64,000 nt of DNA from NCBI RefSeq assembly GCF_001194135.2, contig NC_069001.1, positions 27,200,246-27,264,245 of the forward strand, given 5' to 3'. The position numbers were made by a program, and so were the translations under genes. The stretch comes from Octopus bimaculoides. Its lineage: Eukaryota. The notes under the pieces were generated by a model, which saw only the letters and a list, made by a program, of their open reading frames with translations, was not told where the DNA came from and did no database searches. This document shows positions 52,725 to 63,197 of the stretch, one piece after another. Each line of letters starts with the position of its first letter. Positions within the stretch are counted from its first letter, which is position 1.

Positions 52725-53227
52725 TTCATGGTTAGCAACTGAAGTTGTTGCATATGAGAATAAGCATTCAAAAATTAAGGAATGGAGTAGATAAAATTCA
52801 GGCTACATATATTTCATAGATAGCAAATTCTCAGATGTAAATTATCCAAACGAGGGTTAGACCGCAAGGACAATTTGATAACATGAAGTTAGCATCGTCG
52901 TTACGAGATCCCGCGTTAACTCGTTAGGAATTCGACCGAATCCCCAACGAGTTAACATGGCCGCAGTCTAATGACAGAAACAAGTAAAATTTAAAAAGAT
53001 AGAAAGCGAATATAATACGATCAGTATAAAAACAACACACACGCATGTATAGAGATTGGTGCAAGCTAGGTTGTGTGGGAAAAAGGTTGGTTCACAGCGA
53101 CGTGTCTCCAGTCTCAGACGCAGTTCATGTCTTTTGGGGTGTGTTTTGGGAGTTCTACATCTCTGGGCCGAGCAAAGCCTTTTTAGTGAAAATATTGGAT
53201 GAAAACTGATACAAGCCAGTCATGTAC

Positions 53228-53270
<43 letters not shown>

Positions 53271-53721
53271 GACGTTATTTTTGTGTTGGTGCGTACATTC
53301 TTGCGCTTGTGTGTGTGTGTCTATATATATATAGGTGTTGGTGTTTTAAACGAATTGGCAATGAAAAAGATTTCATTCTACTATACACATGAAATCACTA
53401 TCTATTTCCTCGCGNNNNNNNNNNNNNNNNNNNNNNNNNNNNNNNNNNNNNNNNNNNNNNNNNNNNNNNNNNNNNNNNNNNNNNNNNNNNNNNNNNNNNN
53501 NNNNNNNNNNNNNNNNNNNNNNNNNNNNNNNNNNNNNNNNNNNNNNNNNNNNNNNNNNNNNNNNNNNNNNNNNNNNNNNNNNNNNNNNNNNNNNNNNNNN
53601 NNNNNNNNNNNNNNNNNNNNNNNNNNNNNNNNNNNNNNNNNNNNNNNNNNNNNNNNNNNTATATATATACGTGTGTGTGTGATAGAGAAGGAGAGGAAGA
53701 AAGAAAATGTGTGTATGTATG

Positions 53722-53761
<40 letters not shown>

Positions 53762-54380
53762 TACTACAAGAGGGAAAGTGGGGATGAAAGTCATTTCTTA
53801 TCATTTTGCCATCCTCTTTGTTGTCACTATCCTATATGAATATAATGACGTGTTTTTATCTAGTCAGGCTATAAACAAAAACTAGCATTTAACAGTTTCA
53901 TTTTCTTCGAGAATGTCTCCTAGTCGTTTATTTTATCACTAAATACATACAAATACATTTGTATGAACAGTGTGCAATACAGACAGCGTCTTTTATTTCT
54001 TATCTTTTTAATGATATAGTGAGCTGTTATATTCCTTTCTAGAATATTACTATTTGATTATTCACTTATTTCTACTTAGACAATTTCTAAGATTTAGTAT
54101 TGTCAAAATATTTGGTTTTTTCCTCGATCTCCGTTTTTGGCAAATTTTGTGAGATGAAAATATATGAAATATATGCATATATTCCTAGTAGTGAAATATA
54201 TATATTTGCTGACTTAGTATGGAGACACCTGTGTTTGACAAGTGGGAATATATTTCTTTGTACAATAATTAGTAATGCACTCAGTTTAGAGTTTTAGAAA
54301 AGGAAGGATACAAGGAAAATTTTAAGTTTTAATTAAAAATAATTAGCTGAAAAAATAGGACGAGTTACCATCATTGTCAC

Positions 54381-54622
54381 TTCTTATTTCTTCATTGCCC
54401 ACAAGGGGCTAAACATAGAGGGGACAAACAAGGACAGGACAGACAAACTGATAAAGTCGATTATATCGACCCCAGTGCGTAAATGGTACTTCATTTATCG
54501 ACCACGAAAGGATGAAAGGCAAAGTCGACCCCAGCGGAATTTGAACTCAGAACGTAGCAGCAGACGAAATACCTAAAAGCATTTCGCCCGGCGTGCTAAC
54601 GTTTCTGCCAGCTCATCGCCTT
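54381..54622 (-). mobile_element. SINE family A, near full length
   Basis: Highly similar to 29974-30211. Confidence 0.92.
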
Positions 54623-54965
54623 AAAAGTGACATCCTTGTCATTTCTACGAGTATATAGCTACTGACTGTGGATAAGCTGGGGTCTGTATTGGAGGGAAGG
54701 CTCTTAATAAAAAAATATAAAGGGAAGCCTTTACGTTGTTAAAACTCTGAAGCATGTTTGTTGAAGGCAGACACATTCGGTGTATTTTTGTAAAGGCATT
54801 GACGTATTAGGTGTCATGAACGCTGTTTATTTCCTTTTCACGTACTGAGACAATAAATGATTCATTTACAAAACAAAATAAATTCGTATACCTCGTTCCT
54901 TTTTGGTGTCCAGAATTGTTATAAATAGAAATATACGACAGTGTTAGAATAACAAATAATGGTTC

Positions 54966-55150
54966 GGCAGTGAGCTGGCTGCACCGTTATCACACCGGTT
55001 AGAATGCTTAGCGGCGTTGACGTTCTGAGTTCAAATTCGACTGAGGACAATTTTACTTTTATCCATTTAGGGTCGGTAAAATAAATACTAGTTGAGAACT
55101 GGGATCGATGTAATCGACTTAACCCTCCCCTGCGCAAAAATTTGAAACCA
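54966..55150 (+). mobile_element. SINE family A, partly deleted
   Basis: GGCAGTGAGCTGGC...GTTCTGAGTTCAAATTCGAC...GTCGGTAAA...GATGTAATCGACTT. Confidence 0.8.
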
Positions 55151-55198
55151 ATGTTAAATAACGGTCTTTAATTATAGCTTTTATGTTTTCATGTACAT

Positions 55199-55364
55199 AG
55201 GCGTAGGAGTGGATGTGTGGTAAGTAAGTTGCTTACGAACCACATGGTTCCGGGTTCAGTCCCACAGCGTGGCACCTTGGGCAAATGTCTTCTACTATAG
55301 CCTCGGGCCGACCAAAGCCTTGTGAATGGATTTGGTAGACGGGAACTGAAAGAAGCCTGTCGTA

Positions 55365-55398
<34 letters not shown>

Positions 55399-55524
55399 NN
55401 NNNNNNNNNNNNNNNNNNNNNNNNNNNNNNNNNNNNNNNNNNNNNNNNNNNNNNNNNNNNNNNNNNNNNNNNNNNNNNNNNNNNNNNNNNNNNNNNNNNN
55501 NNNNTTTAGAAGAGTGGTATATAT

Positions 55525-55566
<42 letters not shown>

Positions 55567-55804
55567 TTAGAAGAGTGGTATATATACACACATATATATA
55601 TATGTGTGTGTGTGTTTGTGTTTGTGTGTCTGTTTGTCCTCCCCCCCCCAACATTGCTTGACAACCGATGTTGTTGTGTTTACGTCCCCGTAACTTAGCA
55701 GTTCGGCAAAATTGACCGATAGAATAAGTACTAGGGGTCGATTTGCTCTAATAAAGGCGGTGCTCTAGCATGGCTAGTCAAATGCCTGAAACAAGTAAAA
55801 AGAG
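55199..55804 (+). mobile_element. SINE family B with expanded internal microsatellite and a gap
   Basis: Head AGGCGTAGGAGTGG.TGTGTGGTAAG and tail GCGGTGCTCTAGCATGGC...CTGAAACAAGTAAAAAGAG. Confidence 0.9.
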
Positions 55805-56801
55805 TATATATATGCTTATAGATCTTTGGATGTGTGTGTACCCAAGTGACAATGAGTCCATGACCAATTTTGACAATGAGTATTCAATTACTTAGTTAAA
55901 TAAAAGATCTGTTGAATTGACATATGGAGGGCATGCGTATTCAAGACACTACCTCCTCGCACTATTTGCACGGATTCCCTTTACTCTCTGTTACCATCTT
56001 TTACTGGACATCATATTTAGTAGGTCACAAGTCTGCTACCTCTTTCTTTTGTAAGCTCTCACAAAAGAACTTCTCTAATGATTTCGTATTTACCTCTCTA
56101 GTAATGACTTGTTAATTCATGTTCTTTAGTGATGTATGATACTGAACGAAGGCTCCCATGAGGATACATACTGAAAATACCTCACGGAGTGAGAACCGTG
56201 CTCTACATAGTAACGGGTTGCCTTTTGGCAAGGCATAGCACCCATTTAGTAATCCTGCCAGGGATTCGGAGAAATCGTGGGACTACTGCATCACGGATTG
56301 TGAAGAGGCAGCGGAAGCGCTCAACTGAGCCAACGGTGCTCTTACATCGATGCTGAGCGGAGTGAGTAATGCTCGAAAATCAACGGTCAGGATCACAAAT
56401 CTCTATCAAGGGTGTCACTGAAACGCACCTATGGGGTCGCCGTCGATAGTTGTATGATCAGCTATTGAAAAATTTATTATGATTCGAGTTCTATTTTCAT
56501 ACACCAGTGAACGCTTAAAGTAATTCCCAGAGAGAAATGGAGATATATGGGTTGAAAGATTGACATTTTGAATTACATGTGTAATCGAACTTTAGGCCAT
56601 CCAAACAGTTTCCATCTAAACAATTTCTCTCTCGGCACTGAATTCTTCCGAGGCTACTGTAAAAACACTCGGCTCAATCATGAATTTCTTTTATCGGTCA
56701 TATAACGGCTAGAATGATCTATGAGCGTTCATCTTCTAAAAAGCTCTGCTTTTCTACCAAGAACTGTGACTCTTTCTGCTAAACCATATATGTTCTGTTG
56801 G

Positions 56802-56877
<76 letters not shown>
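56802..56877. repeat. (CT)n tract ending about 36 nt upstream of the exon E acceptor
   Basis: Directly visible. Confidence 0.95.
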
Positions 56878-56881
<4 letters not shown>

Positions 56882-56913
56882 TTATTGTACATTATTCAAA
56901 TATATTTTTTCAG

Positions 56914-57139
56914 GATTCTGATGTCCCAACATATAAAAAAATGGCAAACTTTATGCAAAGTACCACACCGTCTGTTTACGTCTCCTCTTCGCGAGAGGCA
57001 GTGCAGCGAGTTCTCAAAGAAAATTACGCTTATCTTGGAGAATCAACATCAATTGATTACCAGGTGCAAAGAAACTGCCAGCTTATGCAAGTTGGCGGTT
57101 TGCTGGATTCCAAAGGATACGGAATAGCCACTCCAAGGG
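56914..57139 (+). CDS. GRIK2-like: Kainate-type iGluR, exon E (S2)
   Basis: Acceptor TTTTTCAG|GAT and donor AGGG|GTAAGT, 226 nt, phase 0/1. DSDVPTYKKMANFMQSTTPSVYVSSSREAVQRVLKENYAYLGESTSIDYQVQRNCQLMQVGGLLDSKGYGIATPR(G). Confidence 0.97.
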
Positions 57140-57399
57140 GTAAGTTACACAGTTTCTGGTCTTACTTTACAAACTACTCTTCCTCTTCGCCTTCCATTTC
57201 TGTGTTAATAATAAAAACAGTAACGAGAATTGAGATTTAGACAAGTAAAGAACGACAGCAATTAGTGGACAGCGTAATCGCAGGCAAATTTATTTACATC
57301 ACTTTAGAATTCCTGTTTCTAACGCTATGAAATTGTACAATATTTAACTGTGGCTCATTTATACACGCACGAACACACACACATACTTACAAACATACA

Positions 57400-57755
57400 T
57401 TGTTGGCATTCCGTCGCTTACGACGACGAGGGTTCCAGTTGATCCGATCAACGGAACAGCCTGCTCGTGAAATTAACATGCAAGTGGCTGAGCACTCCAC
57501 AGACACGTGTACCCTTAACGTAGTTCTCGGGGATATTCAGCGTGACAGAGTGTGACAAGGTGGGCCCCTTTGAAATACAGGTACAACAGAAACAGGAAGA
57601 AAGAGTGAGAGAAAGGTGTGGCGAAAGAGTACAGCAGGGTTCGCCACCATCCCCTGCCGGAGCTTCGTGGAGCTCACAATGCCCGGTCTGGGAATCGAAA
57701 CCGCGATCCTATGACCACGTGTCCACTGCCCTATCCACTGGGCCATTGCGTCACC
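57400..57755 (-). mobile_element. tRNA-derived SINE, family D
   Basis: The minus-strand head GGTGACGCAATGGCCCAGTGGATAGGGCAGTGG...GCGGTTTCGATTCCCAGACCGGGC has A/B-box-like motifs. The body is GC-rich and differs from families A-C. Confidence 0.8.
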
Positions 57756-57760
57756 AACAA

Positions 57761-57793
<33 letters not shown>

Positions 57794-59263
57794 CTGCAAG
57801 TAGATACTTTATGCATCAGTTGATGTAAACCTCACTCACTGCAAACGAAGCGAAACTATCTAGAAAGGCTATAGCTACTCATTTGCTTCGTTTATACGAA
57901 AATCAGACGGATATTCACAAAGAACCGTTTTGGGTTTCCTGTCTTACGTCGTATCAAAGGTTATGGCCCTCAAGGAATTTCATCCAAATTAATCAAATAA
58001 GGTTGCCGTTTATTTAATTACATACCTGTTATTGCCAGCCAATTAGTATTTGAATTAACACAATTTTTATGAATAATTAAAGTGTTACAAAATTACATTA
58101 GCATATTGATTCAAAAATGAACAGAATAAAAATTAAAGAATATATAGGTAAATTAAAATATTAAACAATTACATTGCGGAGGAAATTTATTAGCAATTAG
58201 AAATACGTCACTGAATTGTGAAATATTTAATAGTAGTTTTGCAACCTTGTCACTGATGCAATTATACTGCATTTGAGATGGTTCGTTGAAGGATATTGTC
58301 CACGATGTAACAGCTGACATTTGTTACTTGCAACACTAACCCATAATACCAGCTTTGCATCTCCCTTCTTTAATCCTCAAATGGAAATAAAGTTTTATAT
58401 GACTTTCATTTAAGTTCGATGCAACGAATAGTTGATACAAAAATAAAATGAAAATTATGTCACTTTACTGTCTTTTTTGAGACGTCTTCGCTTTTGTAAT
58501 TCAACCCGTCTCAGTATAATAATAAGATATGGGAATCTAGCCAGTCATCTATACCACCTCTGAAACTATCCTACTATTTAATTAGTAAATATATTTATCT
58601 ATAAAATTATTATTTTCGGATTGCCCCAGGGACAAGTTTACGTCAGAGCGATAAAATATTCACTGTTCATATTAGACAATTGTAAAAAGAAACAATCATA
58701 TAGTCAATATAACATTTATTTCTGTTTCTTAAATGCGTAGATATGATATTTCTATTGTGAAATTTTAAAATTTCAATAAGGTCTCATTTCAAGTCACTTT
58801 CTAAAGAAGTATTTTTCCGATATATTTCTCTAATTCTAATTTACATAGATGTCAAAAAATATAATTAAAACAATAAATATATAGATTATAATTTACTATC
58901 ATATCTTTATATATACCTGCTTGTTCCTTTCTGTAATTACAATAAAAATTGGTGAAAGTAATCAATAAATAAAAGAATAATGGTATAAATTATCCTAATT
59001 TATCAGGTATTAATCATTTACGAATTTCTATTGTATTTAAAATTTTATTTCTTTCGAGACTATATACATTTCAGCACTTTCGACAGTAATCTCGCTCCAT
59101 CATTCTTGATGTAGTAAGCCTCCTTTAGATACAAACTCCTATTTTGGTGAAAAGTTGTCAGTTACGTTATTCTAGTGTATAATATAGTTTAGCCAAGATT
59201 AACGCTTTTGCTTTTGGTAGGTTGCTTAATAAGTATTTTTTTGTTTTGTTATATTTTAAATAG

Positions 59264-59529
59264 GATCTCCTTATCGGGATATGATCTCGGAGCAAATATT
59301 ACTACTCCAAGAAAGACAAGAAATTAGCAAGCTTTACACCAAATGGTGGAAAGAAAAAGCAGCTAATAAGTGTGATAATGAGTCCAAAGGGAAGCAAAAC
59401 GCGAACGAGCTAGGCCTTCAGAACGTTGGGGGTGTTTTCGTGGTGCTTATGGCCGGAGTGGTCGCTGGCACAATTATGGCAATTTTTGAATTCTTGTGGA
59501 AGTCATGGAGAAATTCCAGAATTGACAAG
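59264..59529 (+). CDS. GRIK2-like: Kainate-type iGluR, exon F (end of S2, M4, start of C-tail)
   Basis: Acceptor AAATAG|GA and donor AAG|GTAAGA, 266 nt, phase 1/0. (G)SPYRDMISEQILLLQERQEISKLYTKWWKEKAANKCDNESKGKQNANELGLQNVGGVFVVLMAGVVAGTIMAIFEFLWKSWRNSRIDK. GSPYRD and N.GG.F.VL are kainate-type. Confidence 0.97.
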
Positions 59530-59581
59530 GTAAGAGTTTGTTAAAGACTAATTAATTTTTTTGTGATGTTGATGATTACGA

Positions 59582-59641
<60 letters not shown>

Positions 59642-60115
59642 ATATCGTGGGGCTAGATTTTTGATTGACATTGTTACATTGAGTGACGGTATATGATCTC
59701 ATTCGCGGTTAACGTGGTGTATGTAGGAATATTAGTGTTAATAAAAGCATTACCTGCAATGGGAACCAATACTTTTGATAATTGATCAGAAATATTTATG
59801 AAATAACTAGTATAGAAAGAAAGGCAAATATCTCATTATTTACATATCACTGAATGCATATGTATTGTTAGAACATTCTACATAGCATATAAGGTACACG
59901 GTATATTTTCCTTATTTGTTTTCGTTTAAGTAACGAAAGGTGTATTATTGTAACTGGGATGTCACAAAAAATGTGAAACTTTAGTTTTCTAACGTAGCAC
60001 ATTACGTAGCACGTAGTCAAAATATAATAAGAGGGAAATAGGACGTATTTTCGTAAAACCCTGATGTTTGGTTGTAATAAATTTTTTCCTCACTTCTCTC
60101 GTCTTCTGCCTACAG

Positions 60116-60151
60116 TATTACAATCGCAAATCAGTTTGGTTTAGAGTGTAA
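60116..60151 (+). CDS. Candidate short terminal exon (YYNRKSVWFRV*)
   Basis: Strong polypyrimidine acceptor TTTTTTCCTCACTTCTCTCGTCTTCTGCCTACAG ending at 60115, in phase 0 with exon F. No homology support. Confidence 0.3.
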   Translation, partial: YYNRKSVWFRV

Positions 60152-60449
60152 CGTGAGGAGTTAAAATGCATGTTATATATTAGTGTGGGGGAACTCCGTT
60201 TTTAGCTTCTCCATAGGATACGAACGTTTCGTCCTGGCCACAGTCGTTACAATGTTAACCAGAGGATGCTACTGCAGAAGCCGACAGTTCAATAGCACAT
60301 TCAGGTTGCATATTAGTAACTATCAGCATACCTAAACTCAACTATGTTATAAATAGCTAAATATATAATACGTTTTTCTTCTAAATACATACGAACGTAT
60401 GCACAAACACGCATATACATATCTATATATGACTATATAGCTATATAAC

Positions 60450-60502
<53 letters not shown>

Positions 60503-61361
60503 NNNNNNNNNNNNNNNNNNNNNNNNNNNNNNNNNNNNNNNNNNNNNNNNNNNNNNNNNNNNNNNNNNNNNNNNNNNNNNNNNNNNNNNNNNNNNNNNNN
60601 NNNNNNNNNNNNNNNNNNNNNNNNNNNNNNNNNNNNNNNNNNNNNNNNNNNNNNNNNNNNNNNNNNNNNNNNNNNNNNNNNNNNNNNNNNNNNNNNNNNN
60701 NNNNNNNNNNNNNNNNNNNNNNNNNNNNNNNNNNNNNNNNNNNNNNNNNNNNNNNNNNNNNNNNNNNNNNNNNNNNNNNNNNNNNNNNNNNNNNNNNNNN
60801 NNNNNNNNNNNNNNNNNNNNNNNNNNNNNNNNNNNNNNNNNNNNNNNNNNNNNNNNNNNNNNNNNNNNNNNNNNNNNNNNNNNNNNNNNNNNNNNNNNNN
60901 NNNNNNNNNNNNNNNNNNNNNNNNNNNNNNNNNNNNNNNNNNNNNNNNNNNNNNNNNNNNNNNNNNNNNNNNNNNNNNNNNNNNNNNNNNNNNNNNNNNN
61001 NNNNNNNNNNNNNNNNNNNNNNNNNNNNNNNNNNNNNNNNNNNNNNNNNNNNNNNNNNNNNNNNNNNNNNNNNNNNNNNNNNNNNNNNNNNNNNNNNNNN
61101 NNNNNNNNNNNNNNNNNNNNNNNNNNNNNNNNNNNNNNNNNNNNNNNNNNNNNNNNNNNNNNNNNNNNNNNNNNNNNNNNNNNNNNNNNNNNNNNNNNNN
61201 NNNNNNNNNNNNNNNNNNNNNNNNNNNNNNNNNNATATATATATATATATACTATTGGGGTAAGCCGCTTTATGGGGCAACCCGGCCTATGGTACTATAA
61301 TATTAACTGCTTTACGTATTAGAGTGTGCTTTTCCTCCCGATTTATGTATTTCTACAACCG

Positions 61362-61401
<40 letters not shown>

Positions 61402-61462
61402 TGACATATCTAATGACTGACAAGGGAGGCATGTTCCCTACAGCAAGCGAGGCAGAGCCGGT

Positions 61463-61501
61463 TCATCGACGATTTCGGATTTGATTAATCCTCATCAGTG
61501 A
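61463..61501 (-). ncRNA. Degenerate hammerhead-like motif
   Basis: UCA-CUGAUGA-GGAUU[AAUCA]AAUCC-GAAA-UCGUCGA-UGA. Core, stem II and stem I are intact, but the stem III/NUH segment is not canonical. Confidence 0.4.
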
Positions 61502-62129
61502 CTCTCACTCAGTTGCCTAAGGTTAAAGCTAACTCACCTTGTCAGTTTATAGAGAATATCGTAGGGACCAACCTCTAATTCCTACGGTATTCTCTATATA
61601 TTGATATGTACATATATCTATATAAATATACACCAACATGCACGCGCGCACACGTACACACACATACACATATGCACACATGAATATATCAGGCTCGACG
61701 AAAAAGGGTGCCTGCTTCGACATTTATGTTCGTTCGTTACAACTGCATTTATCTTGTCAAGAATTTAACCAGCTGCTTTGTGTTAAGTGCCATTGAGAAT
61801 TTATCAGTTCATATTTCTGGGATGTTCTACGTTAGAATTTCTCTCATTCATATCATTTAAATTAAATATATATCTCATATGTAAGCACGTTATTCAGTAT
61901 CTACATTATCTGAATCCACTTTGCTAATCACTCTCAAGATTTATTTGCATAAAAAAATTCATGCGTACACAACTTATAATTGTAACCAAGCAATTAATTA
62001 CATTATCGAAAAGCACAATTATTTTACTATATAAGTTTTAAGAGATTGGCAAACAGCTTGCATGTCAAATGTAGTCAGTCGAAAATACCACACATGGAAC
62101 ACAAGTAGGTTTCAGGGATCATCAGGAGA

Positions 62130-62760
62130 GAATACACATCGTTTCGGGTGTCTCCACCCGACGACTTTACAGATGCACTGTCTCCTCATATCACAAATGT
62201 GAAACCCCTACCAACTAAATCGACTGATTTATTCAACCTTAAGTCCATATCGGATTATCACCAACATTCAAATTACGAAATCGTGCAAGTCTGATTTACT
62301 TTATAAGCAAACAGATGCATTACACCTATATATCACCGCTCGAGCCTGGTTTCACCACTAGTTTTCAGCCATACCGAATGGCTGGCTCGCTCAGCTATTA
62401 CCAAGATTTCTTTCAAGACAGCGTTTCCTTGACGATGATTAACACCAATTCATAGCAACCACGTACAGAGTGATACAATTAATATCATATTGAATAATAC
62501 AGAATTTCAATATCCTATTAGACTCCAAAATGTTATCATCAAATAATATCATATTGGAATTGTATCACAGATATATACCCGAGCTGTAAAATCGCTCCTG
62601 TATGAAACAACCTTTAATGGCGACTACCTGAGTTGTGCCCGAATCACTTGTAATAGTTGTAATACTTTGATACCAGTTTATGGTCATGACGATTGGGTTG
62701 ATTAACAGAAAAATATATTTTCCATAAGCATTCTGTATCGCTATTGATTGACTACACTTG
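62130..62760 (+). pseudogene. Possible highly decayed Penelope-like ORF
   Basis: Scattered motifs in the expected order: LHPT, DLLYKQTDA..Y, IP.G.A and C...C..C (SCARITCNSCNTLI). These are weak matches to PLE RT-thumb and Cys-linker motifs. Confidence 0.3.
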
Positions 62761-63145
62761 ATAATGAAGTTGGCAGTTAAATTCAATTGAATATATTTAA
62801 GGCTAACACAAAAAATTAGATGAGCTTAGGATAAAATCATCCAAGCAAAATTATTCAAATATTAATTTTAAATTTTGGCAATTTCGGGAGAAGGGACAAA
62901 TTGATTATATCGACACCAATGCTCAACCGGTAGCTATTTTACCAACTCTGAAAAATTAGTCAAATTTTAGTGTTATTTTGATAGAGGAATTTGTTTTGGT
63001 TCGATAAAACACAACAAATTGTAGGCTTCGTGTGCTTGCTGATGAAACAGAGCATTCTCAGTTTTTCTCGCAAAAAAGAAATAAAAAGTGTCCCTGAGAC
63101 ATTAGACTGCCCAGTTCTCATGGAGAATCAAAATACTGAACACGG

Positions 63146-63197
63146 TGGTGCACCAGCATGACCGCAGCCACTTGGCTGAAACACATAAATAAATAAA
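63146..63197 (+). mobile_element. Isolated retroposon 3' end with (TAAA)n tail
   Basis: Identical over 52 bp to the copy at 25922. Confidence 0.75.

Noticed and set aside
57843-57893. 12-bp inverted repeat with a 27-nt loop
   Set aside because: Short, contains a wobble pair, and is expected at some frequency in repeat-derived AT-rich DNA.
57140-59263. AMPA-style duplicated flip/flop exon
   Set aside because: No second GS...KWW-encoding exon is visible in this intron or after exon F.
59530-59544. Read-through ending VRVC* shown in the ORF track
   Set aside because: A consensus donor AAG|GTAAGA sits at 59529/59530, so these codons are most likely intronic.
62116-62202. Possible terminal exon GSSGENTHRF...
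   Set aside because: Weak acceptor with no polypyrimidine tract and no similarity to iGluR C-tails.
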